A stretch of DNA of 59,107 nt from a virus (IMGVR_UViG_3300042934_000561:1-59107); one strand, 5' to 3'; shown: positions 47,130 through 56,178, counted from the first letter of the stretch. Notes: generated by a model from the sequence alone, not told the origin. Translations and numbers: made by a program.

Positions 47130-47408
47130 CTATTCATAATGTGGTGTCGGCTCTTTCATATTATCCTGCCTGCCAATCTCATTCTTACTCTCTATGGCAC
47201 AGTGATACCTCTCCTCCCAACTATATCTATCATTCAGATTGTATTCATTACGTAGTCTATCAGCTACCTTTCTAGCAGTTCTATTAGAACTATATTTCTT
47301 AGTCTGTACAAACTCTGTAGAGTAATAGTACCATCCTCCCTCTTCCGGGCCTCCATATTGTTGTGTAGTCACATACTCTGATACAAATCTTTTACCTTTA
47401 CTTGCCAT
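47130..47408 (-). CDS. Phage protein with YGGPEEGGWY motif
   Basis: Has its own promoter, RBS and terminator; the motif recurs in phage hypothetical proteins. Confidence 0.7.
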   Translation of the reverse strand: MASKGKRFVSEYVTTQQYGGPEEGGWYYYSTEFVQTKKYSSNRTARKVADRLRNEYNLNDRYSWEERYHCAIESKNEIGRQDNMKEPTPHYE

Positions 47409-47986
47409 GCTTTCAACATCTCCTTTAATTTGAAGCTTTTTATTTTATTATACATGGAAACAGTTGGATCTGCAAATGTTGAGTTAAAATATACGGTTTT
47501 TATAAGGGGCAGATTTTTTATCTTAATCGATCAAAATGAGTCTAAATCTGGTCTAAACCAGTCAAAAAGGTTATAAAACGCCGCCCCAAATAAAAATATC
47601 AACCAATCTTCTGTACTAATAGCCAATTTCCGCTAGTTGCTAGGGGTCGTATAAAGGAATTAGATGGTGTTAAGGTGTTAAGGTATGCAGATGTGAGCAC
47701 CTTTAGGTGAAAGAAGATAGCGAAACGACACGATAGTGGCGCGAAGCGTCCTCTAATCAAGGAATTCGGACTCGAATGGGTTGGACCAGGCTCCTTGACG
47801 TTGACTAATGGTACTCGACGGCAATCAAGTGACGGAAGTGACCATGGACGGTACTTCAGAGGGGATCCGGTAAAGCGTTGATATTGCTAGGGTTCTGACA
47901 AATAGACGGAATTGGGCTCAGATAGTGCGACTATAAAATTTTGTAAAAATCAGAGGGACAGGTGAGGAGGGGCCATCGAATCCCCT

Positions 47987-48044
47987 CTTTTTGCAGTTCT
48001 TCTGTTCTTTTTGCAGTTCTTCTGTACTTTTTGCAGTTCTTCTG
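47987..48044. repeat. 20-bp tandem repeat CTTTTTGCAGTTCTTCTGTW x3
   Basis: Units at 47987, 48007 and 48027. Confidence 0.9.
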
Positions 48045-48368
48045 ACTATAATTATATCTACTATTACAAGTCTAATATCTTATAGTTCCCATATTCATAC
48101 CTAAGTGTTCTACTCTTTACTTAGTCCTTCTGTACTTACTCTATTATTATTAGTATGAATTGTTATCATAAGCAACTCTACAATCTCAAGCATTATTATC
48201 CTCTATTTACTAGCCGGGCGATTTTTTATTTTCAGCTTCCTAATAATACGCAAGATGGTAACCCATTGATATTCCTAGCTTTAACCATTCGTGGCCAAAA
48301 AGAAAGCCCATGGATTACTTCCACGAGCCTTGTCTATTATCGGGTAATATAATTAGAGCGTATTTGGT

Positions 48369-48722
48369 CTAACCTTTAATCAACACTGCATGAAATGCAT
48401 TGCAAAAATCATATCGCTCACTCTGTACAAACCCACACGAAGTGGAATCTATTCTATATCCCTGAGCTATTAAACTATGTACTTCCTTTTCAAATTTAGC
48501 TTCGTCACTCTCATGTACAACTTTTATAAGCTGAGTAATAATTCCTGATTCTGATTTATTCTCAAGTTTACTTACTATAAATTCCTCACTATATGCAGCC
48601 TTCATAGCATATCTGCTTCCATCCTCGAATGTGTAATGTAGTTCATCTCCAGTAGTTAAATAACACTCTGTTACTCTTTGTGTGACTGTCTTATCTAAAT
48701 ATTCTTTCAATAATGTACTCAT
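48369..48722 (-). CDS. Hypothetical protein with DUF1737-like C-terminus
   Basis: FEKEVHSLIAQGY...FHAVLIK; GGAGGG RBS. Confidence 0.6.
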   Translation of the reverse strand: MSTLLKEYLDKTVTQRVTECYLTTGDELHYTFEDGSRYAMKAAYSEEFIVSKLENKSESGIITQLIKVVHESDEAKFEKEVHSLIAQGYRIDSTSCGFVQSERYDFCNAFHAVLIKG

Positions 48723-48728
48723 TTATAC

Positions 48729-49019
48729 TTCCCTCCGCTTTATTGTATTTAGCAACTGATTATACTAGATGTTTCTTCCTCTTTGCCGGGCGGCGTTTTA
48801 TTAACAAACTCAGCTTCCATATCTTGGATCTGCTTATTTAGCAATTTATATAATTCACTGGTAGCGTCGAAGTCGCTTGTTAACTTATACAGATATCTCA
48901 TCTGTTTTAGCTTCAATAGATCTTGTTTTAGTTGTCTCCAGGCATCCATTTGCTATTCCCTCCGTAGTGCTGTATTTAGCAACTGATTATCTATTATGGT
49001 ATCCTTTTCATTGCCGGGC
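48729..49019 (-). repeat. About 63-bp duplicated 5' leader (48729-48791, 48956-49019)
   Basis: Shared GCCCGGCAA, ATAATCAGTTGCTAAATACA and CGGAGGGAA at nearly equal spacing. Confidence 0.8.
48749..48949 (-). CDS. Hypothetical early protein
   Basis: GGAGGG RBS. Confidence 0.55.
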   Translation of the reverse strand: MDAWRQLKQDLLKLKQMRYLYKLTSDFDATSELYKLLNKQIQDMEAEFVNKTPPGKEEETSSIISC

Positions 49020-49183
49020 AGTTATATTCCCCCTTGTGACATTGCCGCCAAGTATCCTTCTAGCATCTCATGAAGTTCCTTACTGTATAATTTCACAAAG
49101 TTTACCATCGCTAGTCTTGTATGAGGTTATCTCCTTAATCTCCTTATCGCCCATTTTATCATTCCTTCCGTTAAAATTGAGTT

Positions 49184-49210
49184 AAAACCCAACTGGTATG
49201 CTGGGTTTTT
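49184..49210 (-). terminator. Bidirectional terminator
   Basis: AAAACCCA...TGGGTTTT. Confidence 0.55.
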
Positions 49211-49219
49211 AATTTGTTT

Positions 49220-50047
49220 CTACATATTAGAGCATATCCAATAGTTCCTATTTTTGTCTCTAAATATTGCCTTGTCTGTAAACTCTATTCCACTAGTCTG
49301 TGCAAACGCCACTCTTCTTGTTGCAAAGTAAGTTAGAGTATCTGCATCTGGAACTCTAGTTGATATTCCATAGCATACTACATCCAAATCCTCTTTTAAT
49401 ACATTTTTTAATTCTAATTCCTCGTAGCTACTATAACCCAAACTAACTGCCCACTCGTGTAATTCCTCTGAATCTTTATCTGAGTTTCTAACAAACGCTA
49501 CTTGAGCAAGCTTGTCTGTAGTAAACTCTTCAAAACTTTCATGATGTATTCTCTCTTCTGTTATCTCAGTATTTAAAACTATCAGAGGCTCTATTTCGTT
49601 ATGCTTTTCATTATCCCCAATAAATCCGTCCTCTCTAACTCTATATATAGTTGTCAAATTAAAATCTTCTATTATAAGTATTCCGTTAGCTTTAACTCCA
49701 ACTCTAACTCTGGCAATATCCTCGTCATAGTTTTCTAACAAAACGTTTGTATCTATTTCTAGGTCTCTAAAGTTACAGCTAACTGCAAAATCTCCTTGTC
49801 CCCACCTAACAGTCTGTCTAATATCATCTACTATAATCCAGTTCACATAATCAGTATCTTCAATTTCCTCTGGGCGTGTGTACCCACCATCCTCTATTTC
49901 ATCTTCATCTAATTTGTTATACCCTTTCCAAGGTGCCTTCTGAGCATTACAATTCTGTAATGCTTCTGCAATCTCTAATGCTCTAGCACTAAAACCTCCT
50001 ATGTTTTCTGTTAGCAACTCTACATTTCCAATCTCTTTACTTAGCAT
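49220..50047 (-). CDS. Acidic hypothetical early protein
   Basis: 275 aa, promoter and RBS. Confidence 0.7.
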   Translation of the reverse strand: MLSKEIGNVELLTENIGGFSARALEIAEALQNCNAQKAPWKGYNKLDEDEIEDGGYTRPEEIEDTDYVNWIIVDDIRQTVRWGQGDFAVSCNFRDLEIDTNVLLENYDEDIARVRVGVKANGILIIEDFNLTTIYRVREDGFIGDNEKHNEIEPLIVLNTEITEERIHHESFEEFTTDKLAQVAFVRNSDKDSEELHEWAVSLGYSSYEELELKNVLKEDLDVVCYGISTRVPDADTLTYFATRRVAFAQTSGIEFTDKAIFRDKNRNYWICSNM

Positions 50048-50204
50048 GTTATTAATCTCCTTCCGAACTCCATATTTTGTGCAAAATATTTTGCACTACT
50101 TTAATTATACTAGGTTTTGTTATAGATTACAATAACAGATCAAACCTAATTCTAATAAGTTAAAGTATGCTTTCCCGCTTTACTATATTTATTGGCGTAA
50201 TACT

Positions 50205-50450
50205 CTAATAGAGTTCATTTTCTATGACAGGCGGGTTTTTATTTTCTTGTTCTGCTAATATCTCTATAACTTCATTCTGTTTGCCATTAAGAATGTCTAT
50301 AGCCTGCATATCAGTTAATCCAAACGTATCCCTTAGATCTCTGCCAAGCAACTTAAAATTGTTGGCAGTAAATTTTCCAGTATTTTTCATTTCTTGAATC
50401 TTTCCCTGATAATATTTTACATCGTTTGCAGTTAATTTGTTCATGCTCAT
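50205..50450 (-). CDS. Hypothetical protein
   Basis: 81 aa, RBS. Confidence 0.6.
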   Translation of the reverse strand: MSMNKLTANDVKYYQGKIQEMKNTGKFTANNFKLLGRDLRDTFGLTDMQAIDILNGKQNEVIEILAEQENKNPPVIENELY

Positions 50451-50476
50451 TCATATACTCCCAAAATCTAATTTCT

Positions 50477-50734
50477 CTATTTCACCCAGTACAAGTAGGA
50501 AATACCTAATTGAGTAAATATCTCTACAAGTTTAGCTAATTCGACAGTCTGAACGTCTACACAATTAAAATGATTCATTATCTTTTCTTTATGTAGATAC
50601 CAGCTACATCCACATATTACGAAGGTATCTACAAATCCAGTTTCATCGAAAACTGGCATACTTATCATGATAAGGTCAGTGTCTACAAAATTATCGTTCG
50701 TTATAGATACTCCGTTATTTAATATTTTAGTCAT
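50477..50734 (-). CDS. Hypothetical protein
   Basis: 85 aa, RBS. Confidence 0.6.
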   Translation of the reverse strand: MTKILNNGVSITNDNFVDTDLIMISMPVFDETGFVDTFVICGCSWYLHKEKIMNHFNCVDVQTVELAKLVEIFTQLGISYLYWVK

Positions 50735-50757
50735 ATAATATCACTCCTATAATTTAA

Positions 50758-50970
50758 TCAGAAACAACACCATCCTCCACATTTAACGCATACCACGCCT
50801 CCTCCACGAGCACTTCTTATTTTATGTCTACAACTTAAATTAGCATCCCACAACTCTGATCCATTTTTAGATTTCCAAGTACCCCGTTTAATTAATTTAA
50901 CTTCCGGACCCAAACTATTTTTTTCTTTATTATCGGACGAGTTAATGTTCTTATCCGCCAGAGCTTTCAC
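50758..50970 (-). CDS. Small zinc-ribbon-like protein
   Basis: C.H...GGGVVCVKCGGW. Confidence 0.6.
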   Translation of the reverse strand: MKALADKNINSSDNKEKNSLGPEVKLIKRGTWKSKNGSELWDANLSCRHKIRSARGGGVVCVKCGGWCCF

Positions 50971-50982
50971 TAATATATCCTC

Positions 50983-51333
50983 CTAATCCAGATTCTGTTT
51001 ATTAGATGCTACAATCCGTTCCATAGTACATAAATTTCTAGTCCTGTTAGTTTCATAGGCTTGGGTAATATCTCTAGCCTTAACCCAAAAACTTCCTTCA
51101 CGATCCACATACAAATCAGTGCATAATTTTATCTGATTATCCTTACCTTTATTTATTATTAGGTAAACGTCATTTTTAAAACAACGCAAATCATGACACG
51201 CTTTTATATAATTCAAATTTGATGATTCCCCGACGCCATAATTTACAAATACAATTTCATTGAATTCATTTACTGACTGACCCTCTACAATATCTACCTC
51301 AATAACTAATTCTCTTCCATCCATTAACAACAA
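50983..51333 (-). CDS. Hypothetical protein
   Basis: 116 aa. Confidence 0.6.
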   Translation of the reverse strand: MLLMDGRELVIEVDIVEGQSVNEFNEIVFVNYGVGESSNLNYIKACHDLRCFKNDVYLIINKGKDNQIKLCTDLYVDREGSFWVKARDITQAYETNRTRNLCTMERIVASNKQNLD

Positions 51334-51563
51334 TCCCCCATCTCATTAAATAATTGTTCTGAATCAACCCATCTTTTTCTGTCTAGGTATATAGAGCAAC
51401 AAATACAATCTTCTCCTCCACAAGAAGCACAAGTATTAGAATCCTCTTCTTCTATCTTAGCAAGAGTACTAATGATTTCTTTTTGCAACATAGTATAGGT
51501 AGTTCCTAACGTAACCCTTATCACTATAATCTTGCCTCCCCATTCAAATAATCTCTTTCCCAT
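51324..51563 (-). CDS. Small Cys-rich protein (start uncertain)
   Basis: CASCGGEDCICC. Confidence 0.55.
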   Translation of the reverse strand: MGKRLFEWGGKIIVIRVTLGTTYTMLQKEIISTLAKIEEEDSNTCASCGGEDCICCSIYLDRKRWVDSEQLFNEMGDCC

Positions 51564-51802
51564 TCTAAACTAATAATTCTTCCCTTATATTCTTCTAAGC
51601 TTGCATATTCATCCTCTGTTAAACCTACAGTAGATTTCCTTTCCTCTAGCTCGTTTATGTACTTCTGTATTTCGTATTCCAAAATATTACCTCCTTAACA
51701 TTAAAAATATGTTTACAATTTAATTATAACAGAATGATAAACAATTTTCTATTATAGAAAGAAATACGATTTGGACCGGAATGGACCCGGCCCATAAATA
51801 AT

Positions 51803-52195
51803 CTAATACTCAACAATGAAGTATAATTCCTTTAATTTGTCTAATGCGTCATCCGATAATGAGCTTAAGACATCATAGTTTTTCACATGTGATGTTACTA
51901 AGACAACTTTGTCTCTAGCTATATACAAGTATCGCAACACATAAAGCTCTTCGTCAATATAAACTGTAAACCTATCTGAGTCGATCTGACAGTAATTTCC
52001 ACTCCAATAAGTTAAATCTATGTCATCCTCTAATGTAGTATTAGCTCCGTCTACCTCCTGATTTTTATTATTGTTTAAATCATGTACTACAGCGTCCACT
52101 GCTAACTTATCTATTGAGTTCAAGTCTTTCAAGGACTTTGGAGTTAATACCCATTTATTTTCTTTTTCATCAACTCGATAATATTTGCAAATCAT
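51803..52195 (-). CDS. Hypothetical protein
   Basis: 130 aa, GGAGGG RBS. Confidence 0.6.
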   Translation of the reverse strand: MICKYYRVDEKENKWVLTPKSLKDLNSIDKLAVDAVVHDLNNNKNQEVDGANTTLEDDIDLTYWSGNYCQIDSDRFTVYIDEELYVLRYLYIARDKVVLVTSHVKNYDVLSSLSDDALDKLKELYFIVEY

Positions 52196-52224
52196 TTCCT
52201 AACCCTCCAATTAAAAATCTTCCA

Positions 52225-52443
52225 TTAATTACATTCGTATTTCTCGTTGTAGTCTTCAAATCCATTATAAACATTCTCGACTAGAACGTTTAAATCTGAA
52301 TCTACAATTAGGCAAGCCGCTCCATCTCCATATTGTTCGCTTTCTAATAAATATATTGTACCATGTAATTCAGTTTCCCTTGTATCAATTGAGTACCAGG
52401 ATCCTTTATGACCCTCAATTTTAATTTGAGATAGTTCGTTCAT
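52225..52443 (-). CDS. LPD18-like (large polyvalent protein-associated domain) protein
   Basis: IEGHKGSWYSID...LLESEQYGD.AA.LIVD...ENVYNGF; family recalled from memory. Confidence 0.5.
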   Translation of the reverse strand: MNELSQIKIEGHKGSWYSIDTRETELHGTIYLLESEQYGDGAACLIVDSDLNVLVENVYNGFEDYNEKYECN

Positions 52444-52822
52444 AATTAGTTTCTCCCTCCTCTAACATTACATTTTTTATACTGAGAATATTAAACTTTA
52501 GAAACCTGCAATGATTCCCTGCCACTAATAAGTTTCCAACTTCAACTTCGTCCATGTCCAACAGTTCAGAATCGTTGTAAAGTAGCTTTTCGTCCAATTC
52601 AGTTCCCTCAATAGTGTCTACAAGTAAATCAACTGCTTCAACTTCGTTTACTGCTGACACACAAAAGGTATCTAAATTCTCAAACGTAATCAAGTATAAA
52701 GGATAATCATAGTTAATACAATCCGATATACCAATTACGTCTAAACTTTTTTTGTTCATCTCCCTTCTTATTATCTTAATTGCGTTCACTGCTTGTAAAA
52801 TTGAAGTTTTCATTATGTACAC
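52421..52822 (-). CDS. Hypothetical early protein
   Basis: Promoter and RBS. Confidence 0.6.
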   Translation of the reverse strand: MYIMKTSILQAVNAIKIIRREMNKKSLDVIGISDCINYDYPLYLITFENLDTFCVSAVNEVEAVDLLVDTIEGTELDEKLLYNDSELLDMDEVEVGNLLVAGNHCRFLKFNILSIKNVMLEEGETNYERTISN

Positions 52823-53029
52823 ATCTCCTCGGTAATAAACTTATAATAATATTTGCGCTTACAATATAATTATAACTGATTTTGTGCGAAGTTACAATAG
52901 CAGATAAACCTTGAAACTATAATTTGCCGATATTTATAGACTTGTGTAACTATTAAAATACAAAAACAGAGTAAAGACAACTTGAAATAACGTCCACAAA
53001 ATATCCATTACAGTCCAAATTTGCACGTA

Positions 53030-53060
53030 ATAAAGGAGCCCCACTACGGAGCTCCTTTAT
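53030..53060 (-). terminator. Intrinsic terminator
   Basis: ATAAAGGAGC...GCTCCTTTAT. Confidence 0.7.
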
Positions 53061-53176
53061 TATTTTCTACAGTCTTGTATATCTTTAATTATATCTTGAG
53101 TAAACGACTGCATTCTTGGATCGTATGCATTATGCGCCATTAATAACTTAGTCAAGCATGATACTAGATACAGCAT
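53060..53176 (-). CDS. 38-aa hypothetical peptide (MLYLVSCLTK...)
   Basis: GAGG RBS; ends at the terminator. Confidence 0.4.
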   Translation of the reverse strand: MLYLVSCLTKLLMAHNAYDPRMQSFTQDIIKDIQDCRK

Positions 53177-53213
53177 AAACCTCAATTTTAACTTCTCCAA
53201 AACCCTTTCCCCC

Positions 53214-53381
53214 TTAATCCCTAATTATAACCTCCCCGATAACGTTTCCCTCTAAGTCGTAAACCTCTCTATCAGTTATTGGGTTGAATGTTAACTGTTC
53301 TAAAACTCTCCTAACTTCTCTGTCTGCGTCGTCCTTAAAGGCATTTCCAGTGGTGTTAAGTATTATAGTTACCTGTCTCAT
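53214..53381 (-). CDS. 55-aa phage protein (MRQVTIILNTTGNAF...DLEGNVIG)
   Basis: AAGGAG RBS; below the ORF-track cutoff. Confidence 0.6.
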   Translation of the reverse strand: MRQVTIILNTTGNAFKDDADREVRRVLEQLTFNPITDREVYDLEGNVIGEVIIRD

Positions 53382-53409
53382 GCTTATCTATCTCCTTTTA
53401 AATATTATA

Positions 53410-53604
53410 TTAAACACTTCCGTCTGTAGTATTATGTATGTTAACAGTTGAATTTTTTGTGCCCGAGATTTTTTCTATTTCTGAATTTAAAATTGATACA
53501 AAACTTATCTCAGGCAAACTAAGTTCTTTACCTCGCTTAGAATTAATAGTGCCTTCGTGATTTCCACGATCCAAAGAAGTTTTAGTTTCTGTTAACTTTA
53601 TCAT
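53410..53604 (-). CDS. Hypothetical protein
   Basis: GAGGTG RBS, coupled to the upstream gene. Confidence 0.5.
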   Translation of the reverse strand: MIKLTETKTSLDRGNHEGTINSKRGKELSLPEISFVSILNSEIEKISGTKNSTVNIHNTTDGSV

Positions 53605-53876
53605 TCATTCACCTCGCTTAAAGATTGTTCTACTAGATCTAGTATCTCCTCTCTGCTTAGCCTAAAAGAAGTATATAAGGTAGCTACTAAGTTCTTAATT
53701 TCTTTTATTGGCCTATTATCAGTATCAATATACTTTCTTAATAAAACATCGTCATCATTCGTAAGATAAAACTCAAATTTCTGACCTTCGTGAGCATTAA
53801 TCGCTCTTCTAACTTCTTGGGGAATCACTACTCGACCCATCGAATCTAATGCTCTAATTGCTCCAACACTTTTCAT
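53601..53876 (-). CDS. AbrB/SpoVT-family transcriptional regulator
   Basis: MKSVGAIRALDSMGRVVIPQEVRR...EG..FEFY...VLLRKY. Confidence 0.9.
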   Translation of the reverse strand: MKSVGAIRALDSMGRVVIPQEVRRAINAHEGQKFEFYLTNDDDVLLRKYIDTDNRPIKEIKNLVATLYTSFRLSREEILDLVEQSLSEVNE

Positions 53877-54103
53877 TATAGCACCCACTTTGTTTTATTT
53901 TGTTTTCGAGCCCATATAGAGATCTCTTCTGCCGCCGCACTATGTATGTTCTCTAGCAAATTTTCTGCTTCTTTCTCACTTAGCCGAATATTAAAGTCAA
54001 ATTCCAGCGTATCTACAAAAGTATCTATGTCCTCTGGAAGTTTTTGTACAATAATCTCGGCAATATCAATATTATTGTTCATTAGACTCTCATACTTATT
54101 CAT
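53876..54103 (-). CDS. Hypothetical protein
   Basis: GGAGG RBS. Confidence 0.6.
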   Translation of the reverse strand: MNKYESLMNNNIDIAEIIVQKLPEDIDTFVDTLEFDFNIRLSEKEAENLLENIHSAAAEEISIWARKQNKTKWVL

Positions 54104-54707
54104 TAATATCCTCCTTTATAATAGATTCATTTAGTATGCGATTATTAATATCTATATTCCGAACAGTATATATCACATTACCCGAAACCGAGTTTAAATA
54201 CTCGATAAACTCATTTGTTTTCTTATTATCAATTAAATCTACTACAACAGAATTAAATACTTTTGGATCAATTAACGCATCGATATGAATTTCTTTTGTG
54301 TATATTTTAGCTACCATTATAATCTTGTTACAGCTTTTAAACACCTCCATAAACCGGTCTTTATTAGTGTCGTCTATGTACTCAGAGACCTTGGCATGAT
54401 AGTGATAACCTACATCCCAATACTCAGGAAGAGATTCAAGTATATTTAGGGTTGTTTCATTTTCAACTTCTCCATGTTCGTTTAAATAAATGGCCACATT
54501 TACAAAAACAAAATCTCCGTATGTACTCTTAGTCCTTCTTATTCCAAAGTACATATTAGGTTCTAAGCTTTGCTGAAATTGTTCGACTAGCTGTTTTCTG
54601 AACATTCTAGCCTCTCGTAACATTTCTGTTAAATATGGAAAACTAGAACTAATTTCAACACACTCCTCTAACGCAGGAGAAGTTCCCAAGGATACAAAAT
54701 GAATCAT
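54096..54707 (-). CDS. Hypothetical phage protein
   Basis: AAGGAG RBS before ATG 54707; P..E.C and LPEYWD motifs. Confidence 0.65.
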   Translation of the reverse strand: MIHFVSLGTSPALEECVEISSSFPYLTEMLREARMFRKQLVEQFQQSLEPNMYFGIRRTKSTYGDFVFVNVAIYLNEHGEVENETTLNILESLPEYWDVGYHYHAKVSEYIDDTNKDRFMEVFKSCNKIIMVAKIYTKEIHIDALIDPKVFNSVVVDLIDNKKTNEFIEYLNSVSGNVIYTVRNIDINNRILNESIIKEDINE

Positions 54708-54708
54708 T

Positions 54709-54819
54709 TTAATTAACTCCTTTCTTAAAATACTCGATTGCACAAATAACTATTACAATCCACACTCCAAGAGTAGTTAGTGCAAATAACTTCAAGTAAT
54801 TTTTTAATTTTTCCAACAC
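54709..54819 (-). CDS. 36-aa membrane peptide MLEKLKNYLKLFALTTLGVWIVIVICAIEYFKKGVN
   Basis: GAGGAG RBS, GTG start; first ORF after promoter 54877-905. Confidence 0.55.
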   Translation of the reverse strand: MLEKLKNYLKLFALTTLGVWIVIVICAIEYFKKGVN

Positions 54820-55071
54820 AATACATCTCCTCTAAGTTACAATCTGAGTAGTAATTATATAATTGCTACTACTTTAATTATATAAGAGTTTTACTAACTT
54901 TACAATAGTTGATAAACCTTAGACTGACAAGTTTGTTAGTTATTAACGGCATATGTTTGCTCGGGATTATAATTTGACCCCAAAGACAATTTGAATAAAT
55001 TTAACAAAATTTACAGTTAGTGTAGATTTGCATACACTGAAAGCTTCGTCTAAGCGAAGCCTACAAGTGTC

Positions 55072-55167
55072 TTACTTTTTCGAGTTTCTTTTTTCCAGTA
55101 ATAAATGTATCACTATTATAAAAACTACGGGACTAAATATTCTAATTAGTGCAAAGAATGTATTCAA
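55072..55167 (-). CDS. 31-aa hydrophobic peptide MNTFFALIRIFSPVVFIIVIHLLLEKRNSKK (type I toxin-like)
   Basis: GGAGG RBS, TTG start, 5' and 3' hairpins; paralog at 44731. Confidence 0.65.
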   Translation of the reverse strand: MNTFFALIRIFSPVVFIIVIHLLLEKRNSKK

Positions 55168-55275
55168 CTCTAAGTTCCTCCGATAGACGAATTAGGTACA
55201 GGACATGACCCCTGTACCCACTATATAAAAGGAGATTGTATATGTATAACAAGCGGTTGGAACGCCTGCTAACAA

Positions 55276-55677
55276 CTAATTATTATAGGATAAAGCTAAC
55301 ATTCTATCGAACATGCTTAATCCCCCTCCAAGAAACTTCATTGCGTACATTTTCATGTAATCTTTTGCAATAAGTAAGTCTCTTTCGTGTAAAGTTACTG
55401 GTTTAAATATATTATTATCATCTAATGCCTTAGCCTCTGCTGTTATAGCATCACATGTAGTCTGCTCAATTATCAAGGTTTCAAGTGCTTCAATATAAAA
55501 CAAATAAACATTCTTGAAATAACTTGCCGGTAATAATTCTAGTTTTCTCGCGCTGTTATCGAGTTTGTACTCAATATCTCCATGATATATTCCCAAGTCA
55601 AGATCGGTTATTCTTTCAGTTACATACCGAATCTCCTTAGCGATCTCAGATACAGTTCGCATTTTTATACACCTCAC
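55276..55677 (-). CDS. Hypothetical early protein
   Basis: Promoter and GAGGTG RBS (start is probably the second Met). Confidence 0.6.
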   Translation of the reverse strand: MRCIKMRTVSEIAKEIRYVTERITDLDLGIYHGDIEYKLDNSARKLELLPASYFKNVYLFYIEALETLIIEQTTCDAITAEAKALDDNNIFKPVTLHERDLLIAKDYMKMYAMKFLGGGLSMFDRMLALSYNN

Positions 55678-55731
55678 ATTAATAGTATATGTAATTGCTT
55701 ACATATACTATTATACATGATTTTAACTGGA

Positions 55732-56034
55732 TTAACAACTTGCGATAGCTACTTCTATCATATTATCAACGTAGTTTTCATTAAGTTTATCATCTTGTTC
55801 GTATAAAGTTTTTAAACTCATTTGAGTGTTATATGGAGAACTTTCTTTAGTGTATCTGGCCACTGTCATATTAGTGCTTCTTTGAATGACTTTGTAAGAA
55901 ACCATATCCTTGTCATTGTGACAAAGTTCGCAAGCGCCTTCCATCGTCGGCCCCATGTAAAATCTCTTTTTTCCGTTATAAAGAACAACTTCTCCAGAGT
56001 ATCTATTGACTTCTTTCATATTAAACCCCTCCAA
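55732..56034 (-). CDS. Hypothetical early protein
   Basis: Promoter and GGAGG RBS (start is probably MKEVN). Confidence 0.6.
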   Translation of the reverse strand: MEGFNMKEVNRYSGEVVLYNGKKRFYMGPTMEGACELCHNDKDMVSYKVIQRSTNMTVARYTKESSPYNTQMSLKTLYEQDDKLNENYVDNMIEVAIASC

Positions 56035-56150
56035 ATAATTATACTATTTATTGCTTATGTTATAATTATAGCAGAATTATGTAAGACTAACAATATTAGA
56101 TTTGTGTTGGGCGGGCTTTTTACAGATCCATTCAGGTCCAAATTGGATAA

Positions 56151-56178
56151 AAAAATACAACCCATTGGGTTGTATTTT
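56151..56178 (-). terminator. Intrinsic terminator
   Basis: AAAATACAACCCA-T-TGGGTTGTATTTT palindrome. Confidence 0.75.

Noticed and set aside
42530-48365. tRNA genes in the GC-rich intergenic blocks
   Set aside because: No cloverleaf with T-loop/D-loop consensus was found by eye; tRNAscan-SE would settle it
46772-49185. ORFs 46772..47137, 47087..47275, 48155..48352, 48783..48986 and 48877..49185
   Set aside because: They span promoters, terminators or repeats, or lie antisense to better genes, and have no RBS
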